This document shows positions 37,797 through 47,369 of a stretch of 64,000 nucleotides of DNA, piece after piece (the stretch's first letter is position 1; the number at the start of each line of letters is the position of its first letter). Position numbers and translations under genes: made by a program. The notes beneath the pieces were generated by a model. That model did not search any database and was not told the origin of the DNA. It saw nothing but the letters and a program-made list of their open reading frames with translations. The DNA lies in contig CAZRGC010000001.1 of assembly GCA_964599625.1 (NCBI GenBank), positions 244,959 to 308,958 on the forward strand. The letters are read 5' to 3'. Source of the stretch: an uncultured Gammaproteobacteria bacterium. Lineage in GTDB: Bacteria > Patescibacteriota > Microgenomatia > UBA8517.

Positions 37797-38267
37797 TCAG
37801 TTGAGTATAACAATCGCTGCGTTGAGTATTGTGGCAAAACTCACCCATAGTAGATATGGCATAAGCAGGTAGGCCGCCAACCGGGATATGGGGTAAAATT
37901 TTTTAATCGTTGTTAAAATCAGCACCCACATTGTCACAATCACTATTAACCCCAACAAAGGAGATCTTAGCCCAAAAAAAATAGGTGACCAAATAAAATT
38001 AACTACCAGTTGTACTAGAAAATACTTTCCTGCCTCTCTTGTTTTCTTTTTTTGCCAGCCCTGTTTCCAAATTAAATAAAAAGCCACACCCATCAAAAAA
38101 TACAACAAAGTCCAAACTGGTCCAAAGATCCAGTTTGGCGGGGCAAAGAAGGGTTTTTCTAATGTGGAGTACCAAGTGGGAATAGCGTTGAGGGTAAATG
38201 GGGTTCCAAGAAAACCCACTAATTCACACGCAATTATGAAGATAATAAGTTTGGGAAAGTTTTTCAT
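37797..38267 (-). CDS. tspO: TspO/MBR family tryptophan-rich sensory protein
   Basis: Five TM helices. Conserved block LNAIPTWYSTLEKPFFAPPNWIFGPVWTLLYFLMG. Confidence 0.8.
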   Translation of the reverse strand: MKNFPKLIIFIIACELVGFLGTPFTLNAIPTWYSTLEKPFFAPPNWIFGPVWTLLYFLMGVAFYLIWKQGWQKKKTREAGKYFLVQLVVNFIWSPIFFGLRSPLLGLIVIVTMWVLILTTIKKFYPISRLAAYLLMPYLLWVSFATILNAAIVILN

Positions 38268-38407
38268 CGTTGTTTGATAAAAAATAACTTTACCTACGGC
38301 ACTGCTCACCTCAAAATTAATTGTACAACTTAAAAGGTTGAAACAACACCAAAATTATAAGGTTTTTAGTAAGTGTTATACTCGATCTAGAAACTAACCT
38401 TTGCGAT

Positions 38408-39043
38408 ATGAAGAAAAGAAAACGCTTGGTTTTGCCGCTTCTGGTTGGAGTTTTTGTTACTTTGGGGATCGGTTGTTTTTTACTTAAAAATTTACTCTTG
38501 AGGTTTGAAGCACCAAGACAAGATACTCCAGATATTCAGTACACAATAAGCAAGAATAAAACCTTAGATGCCATTGTCGGAGATTTAAAGTATTACGACT
38601 TTATCAAAGACGAAAGAGCATTTACTTTTGTACTGGAGCATACACAAGACAACACCAAGGGCGGAGAAAATTTTATCAAAGTAGGCAAAGGCAGTAAAAC
38701 AATTGAAAGGGGATCGGTTTATACAATTTCCCAAAGCATGAATGCCTGGGAGTTGGCTTCAGTTCTTCTTAATGACGGCATACACCAGGATTGTGATCAT
38801 GGTTGTCCTGAAAGTAATTTCATCCCGGAACTTCTTCCTGGTGGAGATTTGGCACCAACAATAAAAGAAAAATATTCCTGGGTAAAAACGTATGAAGATT
38901 GTGTCAAAGCAATAGGCCATGATGGTGGCCAGCTTTCAAGCGAGCAATATTATGAAAGAACAGGTATAAGAAGGTGTGTTTCTCCTGATGGTAGAGAATT
39001 TACCCAAGGCAAAGAAGGCTGGTCAGATAAGCCATCTCCATAA
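38408..39043 (+). CDS. Hypothetical membrane-anchored protein (211 aa)
   Basis: N-terminal TM. No clear family. Confidence 0.5.
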   Translation: MKKRKRLVLPLLVGVFVTLGIGCFLLKNLLLRFEAPRQDTPDIQYTISKNKTLDAIVGDLKYYDFIKDERAFTFVLEHTQDNTKGGENFIKVGKGSKTIERGSVYTISQSMNAWELASVLLNDGIHQDCDHGCPESNFIPELLPGGDLAPTIKEKYSWVKTYEDCVKAIGHDGGQLSSEQYYERTGIRRCVSPDGREFTQGKEGWSDKPSP

Positions 39044-39122
39044 TTTGTTTAAATCGTATGTAGATACCCCTACTTGAGGTCTCACCTCTATACAAAACAT
39101 ACCATCTTGGCTTCATGAAGAA

Positions 39123-39587
39123 CTAAAACTTCCAACCTTCGTTTTTGAAGAAGTCAAATCGATTGAAACATTCAATTTTTTCCTGTTTACAAACAAATGG
39201 AATCTTCGTCTTTAATGAATTTTCTGAGTATCTCTCATCGCTAATCATGCTTAACTTATCGACTTTTGCAAGTGCAATCAAATAAGGGTCAGCTTGGTCA
39301 TTGGGATTGTTAACATCTACAAGATTAGGATATTTGTTAATTATCAATTTGGCTTCAACAACAATGTCAGGCTCTAATGTTTTTCGATATAGTGATTTAT
39401 ACTTTCCAACCCATTTTTTGAGCTGATCAACTTTCGCTGAGATTTCATCAACAACAGCATCACAAATGATTATTTTACCACTAATTATCGCTTCATCCAG
39501 CTTATTCCAAAAAGATGGAAAGTAGTCAAATGGAGTATTATTGGCACAGGTTATTAGAACACTAGAATCAATCAAATACTTTTTCAT
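39123..39587 (-). CDS. DUF4411-like PIN-fold protein (putative nuclease/toxin component)
   Basis: Starts MKKYLIDSSVLI with acidic residues spaced as in PIN-like domains. Overlaps the upstream ImmA gene stop by 4 nt (ATGA coupling). Confidence 0.6.
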   Translation of the reverse strand: MKKYLIDSSVLITCANNTPFDYFPSFWNKLDEAIISGKIIICDAVVDEISAKVDQLKKWVGKYKSLYRKTLEPDIVVEAKLIINKYPNLVDVNNPNDQADPYLIALAKVDKLSMISDERYSENSLKTKIPFVCKQEKIECFNRFDFFKNEGWKF

Positions 39588-40735
39588 AATCTAGCTTCCA
39601 GTTTGGTTAACGTTTCACTTTTTATACTTAAATAATCAAGTGCCTCGCTGTAGTCGATCCTATTAATTCTGTAGGCATCAAGTATGTTTTCGACAAAGGA
39701 CCTACTATTATTTTTCAAATATTTAATGTAAAAATTTCCACCCTTTGCTTTCGGTTTTTCTCTATAGTTATTTTTAAACTTATGATTATGTAGTTCAAAA
39801 ATGTCCTTATTTATTTTCTTATTAATGAGAAGTCTTCTAAGAACAACTTCTCTACTTACATTAAATACTTTCCCTAATACTTCTAAGTCCGTATCAAAGT
39901 TGCTGAAGTCTAAATCTAACGTCAGAAGTTTTTGATTCAAAATATTAGTTGGGACTAAAACAGAACCAGCTATATAATTGCAAGCAACTTCAACCCTGTC
40001 GTTAGATTGAAAATTGAGAACATTATTTTCGTCAGAAATTGCGTCCTTGCCGAAAATAAAATGTGCAAGTTCATGAATTAGCGTGAAGATTCTGGGATTC
40101 GGGTAGTCATTGGTGTTGAGGACAATAACAGGTGCGGCATCATCATAAATTGCGAAACCTTTAGCTTCAACTGTGGGGAATCCTAACTCAAGAATGTAAA
40201 TACCTTTAGCTTCAACTATCTTTTTCCAATAATTAAGTTGATCGAATGCACCTTTATTTCTCGTTACATCATCAAAATTTACCTCTAATAATTTAAGGAT
40301 CTTTTTACCGATTTCCTCATAACTGTTAACGTTGCTTAACTTTCGTAACTCATTAACAAATTTATTATCACCATCACCAAAGACGTCCTTAGCAATATTT
40401 TGAATTCTCACAGCCTTTCGTATCGCAAGTATGGTATCAGGGGTAAATTCACCACTGTGAAGATCAATTAACTTCCTAAATTTGGCAGGTATTTTTTCAG
40501 ATGGTTCTTTATCGAGTAAAAAAACTACAGAAGGTCGTTTATACACTTTTGCCAAAAGCCTTAGATTGGCTATCGGTACTTCTTCTTCACCATTTTCCCA
40601 AGCAAGTAATTTGTTGCTGTCGATTTTTAACTTTGTGGCCGCTTGTTGTTCAGTTAGGCCCAAGGTCTTCCTAGCCCATTTTAGTAGAACGGGATTGATT
40701 AACATCTCGCTAGTTGCACCCATTTTGTCCACCAT
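39584..40735 (-). CDS. XRE-family HTH fused to ImmA/IrrE-family zinc metallopeptidase (COG2856)
   Basis: N-terminal LLKWARKTLGLTEQQAATKLKIDSNKLLAWENGE is the HTH_XRE segment. The HExxH IHELAHFIFG sits in the ImmA/IrrE-like core. Confidence 0.8.
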   Translation of the reverse strand: MVDKMGATSEMLINPVLLKWARKTLGLTEQQAATKLKIDSNKLLAWENGEEEVPIANLRLLAKVYKRPSVVFLLDKEPSEKIPAKFRKLIDLHSGEFTPDTILAIRKAVRIQNIAKDVFGDGDNKFVNELRKLSNVNSYEEIGKKILKLLEVNFDDVTRNKGAFDQLNYWKKIVEAKGIYILELGFPTVEAKGFAIYDDAAPVIVLNTNDYPNPRIFTLIHELAHFIFGKDAISDENNVLNFQSNDRVEVACNYIAGSVLVPTNILNQKLLTLDLDFSNFDTDLEVLGKVFNVSREVVLRRLLINKKINKDIFELHNHKFKNNYREKPKAKGGNFYIKYLKNNSRSFVENILDAYRINRIDYSEALDYLSIKSETLTKLEARL

Positions 40736-40782
40736 ACTTCTATAATACTAGTTATTAAAATTCATGTCCAAACAAAAACGGG

Positions 40783-40812
40783 TTCGATTCCCATCACCAG
40801 TATCACTAATCT
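40783..40812 (+). other. tRNA 3'-half-like fragment (AAAACGGGTTCGATTCCCATCACC), inverted relative to the adjacent tRNA-Gly
   Basis: Matches the T-arm consensus GGTTCGATTCC and is 14/15 identical to the tRNA-Gly T-arm. No complete cloverleaf. Confidence 0.35.
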
Positions 40813-40835
40813 CCAGGCCAATGCCCAAAAACAAA

Positions 40836-40862
40836 AAAACCTGGCTCGACCAGGTTTTTAAG
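40836..40862. terminator. Palindromic hairpin cctgg-ctcga-ccagg flanked by an A-run and a T-run (bidirectional intrinsic terminator)
   Basis: aaaaaaacctggctcgaccaggttttt read directly. Downstream of the tRNA-Gly 3' end on the minus strand. Confidence 0.5.
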
Positions 40863-40896
40863 GCTAAATATGAAGCTTTTTTGTTTTATTACCGTA

Positions 40897-40970
40897 TGGA
40901 GCGGGATACGGGAGTCGAACCCGTTTTTATACCTTGGGAAGGTATCGTTAGACCGTTTAACTAATCCCGC
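40897..40970 (-). tRNA. tRNA-Gly (anticodon CCC), CCA encoded
   Basis: Reverse complement GCGGGAT-TA-GTTA-AACGGTC-TAAC-G-ATACC-TTCCCAA-GGTAT-AAAA-ACGGG-TTCGACT-CCCGT-ATCCCGC-T-CCA folds as a canonical cloverleaf. Confidence 0.8.
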
Positions 40971-41037
40971 AATATATGGCTATTATAACATTCACGCAAG
41001 CACAGCCAACAAAGATTTATTGTTGTAATATTTACAT

Positions 41038-44000
41038 ATGGATGTTTTGGAAAAACCCTTGTTTATGAAGCGCGAAAGGGTGGTGATAGACTCCAAAGTC
41101 GAAGTTAAGTATCCCGAAAAAACCTGGTCTGTGGAGCAGTCGTATAGGGATATATATCAAAATCATTTAGACGCACAAGTGAAACGAAGTGTGGACGGAC
41201 TGTTGGCCGATGTTTCTGGTGCGGTTGACGGTGACACGGAAGCTGTGCTGCAAAACGACAGTCTAAGAAAAGTTGCCTACGAATATCTTGCCACAAAAGG
41301 CCACACACCAAGAGAGATGCGTGAGCAAATGGTTGATTTTCTTACCCAAAACATCACGGGTAAAACCAAGAGGGAACAATCTGAACTTGCAGAAATAGTT
41401 GAAAACCACAACATTCTTCTTCCTAAAGTCGAAGTCCTGGCAAGGGATGACCATGGAAACGAAAGCTGGATTGATAAAGATACTTTGGAATTGGACCCGC
41501 TTAGGGATTTGCGGATTATCGGGTTTAGGATAAGCGATGACGGCGAAGGATACGACGCAAACCTTAAAACAATTTTTTACTCATCCGGCAAGGATTCCCT
41601 TGACCAGGTGGGTAAATTCGGTGAAGGCGGAAAAATGAGCGAAATTCTTTTGCAGCAAAAAGGTTTCACAATAGAATCACGGTCTGCATATTCATATGAT
41701 GACAAAGAAGGGCATCATGACATGCTTTGGAAAGGGCGCCCCAGAGTGTCCAAAGAAGGCTCAATGGAACTTCATGTCACCCAGGTGGAACTATCGGCCC
41801 CGATTCCCAAAGGATCAGTTACGGAGGTTGTCTTTCGCGGTCCAGACATCGAAGATCAAGACGTAAAACAAATCACGGAATGTGTTAAATCTTTGGGGCA
41901 ACCTCAAATAATTTATGACAAACATAGGCGCGCGGGAGATTGGTTTTATTATTCCTCGTATGACCCTGCTAAGCCACTTGTTGGTGTGAGCAGGGATTAT
42001 GATGCCCTAATGGTTCAGGGAATTAGAGTAGTGCCCGTAAACACCGAAAGCAATTTACTTTTTGGTTATAGCACCTTTGACAAGAATGCTCTTAATGCAC
42101 GCGACAGGAATAAATACACCCCTGAATTTTTGGAATCGGTGAAAGACTTCTGGCTGCATGCGCCGCGGCACACTATTAAGTTGTATTTTGACGCAATGGA
42201 ACCAAAAAATGGTAAAAAGGTTTTTAATTCATTTGAGCAGGGAGTTTTTAAACACCTGCTGACAATGTACCCACCCGAGGATGGAGGAAGCCCTACACAT
42301 GCGGAACTTCAAAAATTCCGCAAGAGTGTTCTTGCAGAAGTTTTGGAAAGAACAAAAGGCAGTCATTTCAAAAGATTGTACTTTGCAACCGGAGATGAAA
42401 GACATGATTTTGGATTTTATCTGGATTCTAATGTTATTGTTGTAGATCCGCGCAGATGGGGTTTGGATTTTGAAGAAGATTTTTTGGCGGAGGAGCTGGG
42501 TAATCGGTTTGTATCCCGGGATGAACTCAGGAAAAATTTAAGAAGACACAAGGGGTGGGAAAATTCAGTTGAGTTGAGTGACGAAGAAAAGCTAAATGCA
42601 GAAGTCTGGTTTGACAATATAAAGGAGTTTGTCTTTTCGCAGATCGAAGGTAAAGATGATGAACTTTTTGGCGGCAGATTTGTTTTTGCCAAGTTTGTTA
42701 ACGGGGGAGACTTGGTTAGAGTTGAAAAAGAAGGCGGAGACGAACTGACAGATGACTACTACCATAACAACTCAGAAATGCTGGTAATAAATTGGGAATT
42801 GGCTAAAACTTTTCATGACCCGGAAGCATTGAAAAGATTGGTTGCAGTTTACATTATGGCCCAGGACGGATATCTGAATTCAAGCTTCCACTTTGGGGGA
42901 CCTCAGGAGACTGCCAACAAGTTTATTCAAAAAAGGTGGGAGGGTGTTGTTGATTACAAAAAAGCCGAAATAAATCATAGAGTAGACCCGGAAGAGTTTA
43001 TGCGGATGTTTGAGGCTTTGTGGTCCAGAGAAACTGATGAATCGGTTTTTGCGTTTAATACTTTCAGAAATCTGTCGGAGAGGGTTGTTGATACAGGTGA
43101 TATAGATGACGGACTTTTTCTCCTAAATGAACACAAGGATGTTGATCCAAGAATTATTGCAGTACTCACACAAAATGTATTTAGAACAAAAGATGGTTTT
43201 GCCCGGTATGTGGCGGAAGAAGGCTCGTACAAAGTCGAGCTTTTTGGGTTTGATGATATGCAGCTAATATCGGAAAAAGGCGGAAACAAAACTTACTACT
43301 ACAAAGATCATGTATTTATGGAACTTCCCGAATTTGATTATGTTAAGTATAAAAAAGATATTGTCTACAGACACGACAAAACACTTTACAGGTCGTCACC
43401 CGAAAATGTAATTGAATGGGAGGTTGAATCCAAAAAATATCTTAAATTTGGCGAAGGTTTTTGCTACGCAAGAGTTGGGCATATTAGTTTTGCACAGGAG
43501 CAAATTGACGATATTGTCGGAAATTTGAAAGTTGTTGACAGAAATAGCCAAACTTTAAAACAAACGGAACTTCTGGACGGGCATATTGACACTTCGGTTC
43601 CCCTTAAATACGGCAAAGGCAATTGGGATAAACCTGTAAGATTTTTTGAGGATGTTGTTCAAAATCATTTGAACGCGGGTAAGGTTGAAATCAGATTTCT
43701 ATTAGAGAGAAATGGCGAAAATGTTTGGGTTGAGGCGGCAGAGCTTTCTGATAGAGACTTGATTTTGGGCATAAAGTTTGAGGATGATGGACGGGGTTAT
43801 GCACCGGAAAGCCTGGAGAGGATGGGCAGGTCCGAAAAAGACAGTCCCTTGGACGAAGGTAAATATGGTGAGGGAACCAAAATGTTAATGGCTGCGGCAT
43901 GCAGAAATCAGATTGGTCTGGTTTTTGACTCTTATTGCGTCCGAAACGGAGAAAAAATAAGTTGGCAGGCAACAGCCGAAACGGGCACACGGCAGATTGT

Positions 44001-45150
44001 CGAAAAAGGCGGGGTGACAGATGTAAATATGGCAGGATTTGATTTGCAGTCAACTGGTGCAAACAAAAATACTTCTGCGACAACAATATATTTTAAAGAC
44101 TTAGAGTCCGATTTTTATAAAAAATGCATGGAAGTTGTGGATCCCAGGGCTGAAAACGGCGGGCTATCTAGATATGTAAGGACACTTGCCGGTGGAGTTG
44201 GAGTTTTGCATTCGGTAGGGCCTGTAAAAGTTTTGGCAGACGAAAAAGGCGATGTCTACGAAAACGGAATACTAATGAGTACAGAGTCAACTGCTTTGGG
44301 CAGTTTGGATGTTCCGGACATTTCGGCAAACAGGGAACGCGACACAATAAAACCGGAAAGATTGAAACAATATGTTGATTTTCTGATGTCACACACCGGT
44401 GATCCTGTTTTGGTTGAAAAGGTTCTAGAAAGGATTGTGAAAGGTGGTATTTATGATTACCAGGACATAAGTGATATTTTTAACAACATAGAAGGCACCC
44501 CGCTGAATATCGGTGTTTGGAAAGAAGTTGCGCACGAAAAGTTTGGTAATGTGATTATTTTCAATGGAATAATTGTTCCGGAGTCTAAAAGATATTTAGA
44601 GTACCACGGATACGACACAATAATTTACGCATCTGGCTCAAAGGGAAAGGAAAGGTTGGCAAAGGCATGTTTTCCGAGTGTCAAAGAGCTGATAAAAAGG
44701 AGTAAACTTGAACCTGTCATAATACCCGAACCAACAAGACAAAAAGTTGAGGCTGTTGTTGACACGCTTGCAGATAAAGTTTTGGAAATAATTGACCAAG
44801 GGGGATTGGCGGAGGCAACAAACAGACAGTTTGTGGCACTTCTTAGAGATAAAAATAGGCTGCATGAAACTATTGAATACTCCAAATTGGACCCGTTCAT
44901 TTTGGGTGAAGCCAAAGGCGAAATGAAGACTGTGATAAGCGAATACCTGCTTCACAATACACACGACTTAAACATGGTTCTTTTGCATGAGTGGGCACAT
45001 CATTTGAGCGGGGGAAGCGATCTGGAGCCAAAGTTTGTTGCAACACTTCTGGCGATAGGTTTGGGTATTAAACCAGTACCCGTAAATACGGCAAACCCGT
45101 CACCTGCAAAGAATTACAGACGTAGTAGAAGAAGGAAATCTAACAACTGA
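41038..45150 (+). CDS. Giant hypothetical protein (1370 aa) with two degenerate GHKL-ATPase-like modules and a C-terminal HExxH motif
   Basis: Module 1 has N-box-like DIYQNHLDAQ, then ISDDGEGYD and GKFGEGGKMSE. Module 2 has VVQNHLNAGK, then FEDDGRGYA and GKYGEGTKMLM. These match the order N-box, DxGxG, GxxGxG of Bergerat-fold ATPases. C-terminal LLHEWAHHLSGGSD. Confidence 0.6.
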   Translation: MDVLEKPLFMKRERVVIDSKVEVKYPEKTWSVEQSYRDIYQNHLDAQVKRSVDGLLADVSGAVDGDTEAVLQNDSLRKVAYEYLATKGHTPREMREQMVDFLTQNITGKTKREQSELAEIVENHNILLPKVEVLARDDHGNESWIDKDTLELDPLRDLRIIGFRISDDGEGYDANLKTIFYSSGKDSLDQVGKFGEGGKMSEILLQQKGFTIESRSAYSYDDKEGHHDMLWKGRPRVSKEGSMELHVTQVELSAPIPKGSVTEVVFRGPDIEDQDVKQITECVKSLGQPQIIYDKHRRAGDWFYYSSYDPAKPLVGVSRDYDALMVQGIRVVPVNTESNLLFGYSTFDKNALNARDRNKYTPEFLESVKDFWLHAPRHTIKLYFDAMEPKNGKKVFNSFEQGVFKHLLTMYPPEDGGSPTHAELQKFRKSVLAEVLERTKGSHFKRLYFATGDERHDFGFYLDSNVIVVDPRRWGLDFEEDFLAEELGNRFVSRDELRKNLRRHKGWENSVELSDEEKLNAEVWFDNIKEFVFSQIEGKDDELFGGRFVFAKFVNGGDLVRVEKEGGDELTDDYYHNNSEMLVINWELAKTFHDPEALKRLVAVYIMAQDGYLNSSFHFGGPQETANKFIQKRWEGVVDYKKAEINHRVDPEEFMRMFEALWSRETDESVFAFNTFRNLSERVVDTGDIDDGLFLLNEHKDVDPRIIAVLTQNVFRTKDGFARYVAEEGSYKVELFGFDDMQLISEKGGNKTYYYKDHVFMELPEFDYVKYKKDIVYRHDKTLYRSSPENVIEWEVESKKYLKFGEGFCYARVGHISFAQEQIDDIVGNLKVVDRNSQTLKQTELLDGHIDTSVPLKYGKGNWDKPVRFFEDVVQNHLNAGKVEIRFLLERNGENVWVEAAELSDRDLILGIKFEDDGRGYAPESLERMGRSEKDSPLDEGKYGEGTKMLMAAACRNQIGLVFDSYCVRNGEKISWQATAETGTRQIVEKGGVTDVNMAGFDLQSTGANKNTSATTIYFKDLESDFYKKCMEVVDPRAENGGLSRYVRTLAGGVGVLHSVGPVKVLADEKGDVYENGILMSTESTALGSLDVPDISANRERDTIKPERLKQYVDFLMSHTGDPVLVEKVLERIVKGGIYDYQDISDIFNNIEGTPLNIGVWKEVAHEKFGNVIIFNGIIVPESKRYLEYHGYDTIIYASGSKGKERLAKACFPSVKELIKRSKLEPVIIPEPTRQKVEAVVDTLADKVLEIIDQGGLAEATNRQFVALLRDKNRLHETIEYSKLDPFILGEAKGEMKTVISEYLLHNTHDLNMVLLHEWAHHLSGGSDLEPKFVATLLAIGLGIKPVPVNTANPSPAKNYRRSRRRKSNN

Positions 45151-45672
45151 GTCCAGACTGTGAATTTTTAACCCCGCAGCATTGGCAATTTCTACAATCT
45201 CAGACTTGGATATTCCTTTTTGGAACATGCCACGGCTCTCGCTGGACCAAAAACCGTCTTTGTGTTTTTTCCAATAACCTGCCTCCGCCACTTTTTGCAC
45301 TTCAGATTTTGAACGTGTGAGTAGAACCATTACACCGGATTTACTAAGGTACTTAGACGATTTGGCAAGAACAGAAACACGATCATCTGCATCAGCTAAA
45401 ACGTTAAGAACAAACGCATTAACCACAATGTCAAACTTCCCGTAAGGTTTTTCCGAAAACCCGAATGGTGGGTAAGGATCGTACCCGACCGCGTCGAATC
45501 CAAGATTTTGATAATAAGGAATATCAATTCCCTTTCCGCAACCGTAATCCAGAATACGCCTGGCACTTATCAGTTTGGCAAAACCTGTCTCTGTGACAAA
45601 TCTTGCAACAACTGACGGACCCCGTCTACCTGGAACAGTCCGTTCCGGATGATATTCAAACTCACGAGTCAT
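45100..45672 (-). CDS. Class I SAM-dependent methyltransferase (190 aa)
   Basis: Motif I ILDYGCGKG and post-I FDIVVNAFVLNVL. Its 3' end overlaps the giant gene's 3' end by 51 nt (convergent). Confidence 0.65.
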   Translation of the reverse strand: MTREFEYHPERTVPGRRGPSVVARFVTETGFAKLISARRILDYGCGKGIDIPYYQNLGFDAVGYDPYPPFGFSEKPYGKFDIVVNAFVLNVLADADDRVSVLAKSSKYLSKSGVMVLLTRSKSEVQKVAEAGYWKKHKDGFWSSESRGMFQKGISKSEIVEIANAAGLKIHSLDSVVRFPSSTTSVILCR

Positions 45673-46151
45673 TATCTTGGTAGTGTTAGTACGTTCCCAG
45701 GATGAATACTGTTGGGGTTAACCAACTTGTTTGCTTTTGCAATTTCCACCCATTTGTACCCGTCACCATATGATCTGACTGCAATTTTCCAAAGACTGTC
45801 ACCTTTTTCAACTGTGTATGTGTCTTTTGATATTGCTGTTTGTGTGCTGGTTTGCGAAATTGTGTTGGTTGCTGTTGGTTTTTTTGCAGCAGCTTCCGGG
45901 ATCATCAACTTTTGACCGACTTCAAGCTTTTGGCTTGTAAGTTTATTGGCAGAGTAAATATCAACCCAGTTGTAACCTGAGCCGTATGAATCTTCTGCAA
46001 TCGACCAAAGTGTTTCACCTTTTTTAACAACATATTCTCCAGAAACTTCGGTTTTGGTGTCGGTGTTGGTAACTATTTCTCCGTTTTTGTCTTTGAAATA
46101 ATTAACCACAAGGATTCCCGTTACGATAATTACCAATGCACCCAAAAACAT
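45672..46151 (-). CDS. LysM-domain protein (two LysM repeats) with N-terminal TM anchor
   Basis: YVVKKGETLWSIAEDSYGSGYNWVDIYSANKL and YTVEKGDSLWKIAVRSYGDGYKWVEIAKANKL. Confidence 0.75.
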   Translation of the reverse strand: MFLGALVIIVTGILVVNYFKDKNGEIVTNTDTKTEVSGEYVVKKGETLWSIAEDSYGSGYNWVDIYSANKLTSQKLEVGQKLMIPEAAAKKPTATNTISQTSTQTAISKDTYTVEKGDSLWKIAVRSYGDGYKWVEIAKANKLVNPNSIHPGNVLTLPR

Positions 46152-46362
46152 ACTAATTTCACTTTCGTTAAGTTTGAGAGTTTTGAGGAACTTTTGTAAA
46201 TTAAAATTCAGATATATTCACCGCCTTCCGCCTTCGATTATGTTTGGAGCAGTGAACAGGGCAGTGTCGAATTAGTTGAATTTACTTGAGAGATCAAAAC
46301 CAGTCAAGGGGATTTTGACCAAAAAAAACTCCGGCAAGTTTTTATTCTTACCGGAGATTGTC

Positions 46363-46563
46363 CTACGACTCTTTGTAAAGAGAATACCCTTCGCGTTTTT
46401 CCACAAGTATGTCTGTTTCATTGGGCCCGGTTTGGCAGGCGTCAATAATGACATATGCTTTTGGGGTCATTGCAGCAATGTCCATTGCAACGCCAAAAGG
46501 CAGATTTATGCACTTCGTGCACTCAAACGATTCGCATTCGCAAAAAACATCGATCGTTTCCAT
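46363..46563 (-). CDS. Small Cys-motif protein, paralog 1 (66 aa; CEC-x3-EC-x3-C ... DAC)
   Basis: METIDVFCECESFECTKCINLPFG...IIDACQTGPNETD...EGYSLY. Similar to the adjacent paralog. Confidence 0.5.
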   Translation of the reverse strand: METIDVFCECESFECTKCINLPFGVAMDIAAMTPKAYVIIDACQTGPNETDILVEKREGYSLYKES

Positions 46564-46574
46564 TTTGACCTTAA

Positions 46575-46778
46575 TTAATCGGGCCTGATGTAAACGGTGT
46601 AGCCGTCTTCTGAGGATGACAATTTGTCTTCTGTCTGCGGTCCGCGGGTGCAGTCGTCGACTATTACAATCGCGCCTGCAATTTCGGTGATGTTTTTGAG
46701 TGTGTCAACGGTGACACGGACTGAAAGCCCGCATTCAGGGTCGCCGCATTCGCAAACCAGATTCGTTGTTGAAACCAT
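46575..46778 (-). CDS. Small Cys-motif protein, paralog 2 (67 aa)
   Basis: AGGAGG RBS 5 nt before the ATG at 46778. VCECGDPECGLSV...IVDDCTRGPQTED...DGYTVY. Confidence 0.55.
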   Translation of the reverse strand: MVSTTNLVCECGDPECGLSVRVTVDTLKNITEIAGAIVIVDDCTRGPQTEDKLSSSEDGYTVYIRPD

Positions 46779-46786
46779 TGATCCTC

Positions 46787-46969
46787 CTAGAAAAAACTTG
46801 GTGGTTTGATTGAGAAGATCCCAATCCATTGGATAATAAGCCCGAGTGCAAAAACTCCCAACACAACATAGAAACCGATTTCGAATTGGTTGAGGTTTGT
46901 GAGCTTAAGTACCAGTGCCGCGACAACCGACAGAATCATTAGGCCTGTGCCTATGAAAATGTTTTTCAT
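46787..46969 (-). CDS. Small two-TM membrane protein (60 aa)
   Basis: ATGA stop/start overlap with the upstream gene. Confidence 0.45.
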   Translation of the reverse strand: MKNIFIGTGLMILSVVAALVLKLTNLNQFEIGFYVVLGVFALGLIIQWIGIFSIKPPSFF

Positions 46970-47277
46970 GAACTTTCGCTCATGTTGTCGTTGTAAAGAC
47001 GGTAGGTGATTGTCCCTTCTAGAAACTCCTTGCTTGATGCCGGTTTGAACACTGCTTTCACCTGGCCGTTGTGGTTGCCGTTTTCATCCCACAACATTGT
47101 GTTGAATGTATGTGTGGAATCGGCGATTGTGTGTTCGGAGCATCCCCGCAAGATCACTTTGATCTGTTTTTCGCCATCTTTGGCGAGAAAATCAATGCTT
47201 TCGCCACGGACAAGAAGTTTTTCCAAAAGATCAACCCAGAGGTTGTCAAACTTGAGCTCAACTGTTCGGAAGCCCAT
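46966..47277 (-). CDS. Hypothetical protein (103 aa)
   Basis: AAGGAG RBS 5 nt before ATG. Confidence 0.55.
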   Translation of the reverse strand: MGFRTVELKFDNLWVDLLEKLLVRGESIDFLAKDGEKQIKVILRGCSEHTIADSTHTFNTMLWDENGNHNGQVKAVFKPASSKEFLEGTITYRLYNDNMSESS

Positions 47278-47369
47278 TTTTACTCCTTATGCTTTGTGGA
47301 TAAATGTCGGAAAGTGCAAAACTGAAGGCTGAATACTAGCATTTCTGAACCTGAAGTGTCAATTAATCT

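Noticed and set aside
40764-40964. 66-aa ORF on the plus strand
   Set aside because: Overlaps tRNA-Gly on the opposite strand and the terminator hairpin. No RBS. Spurious.
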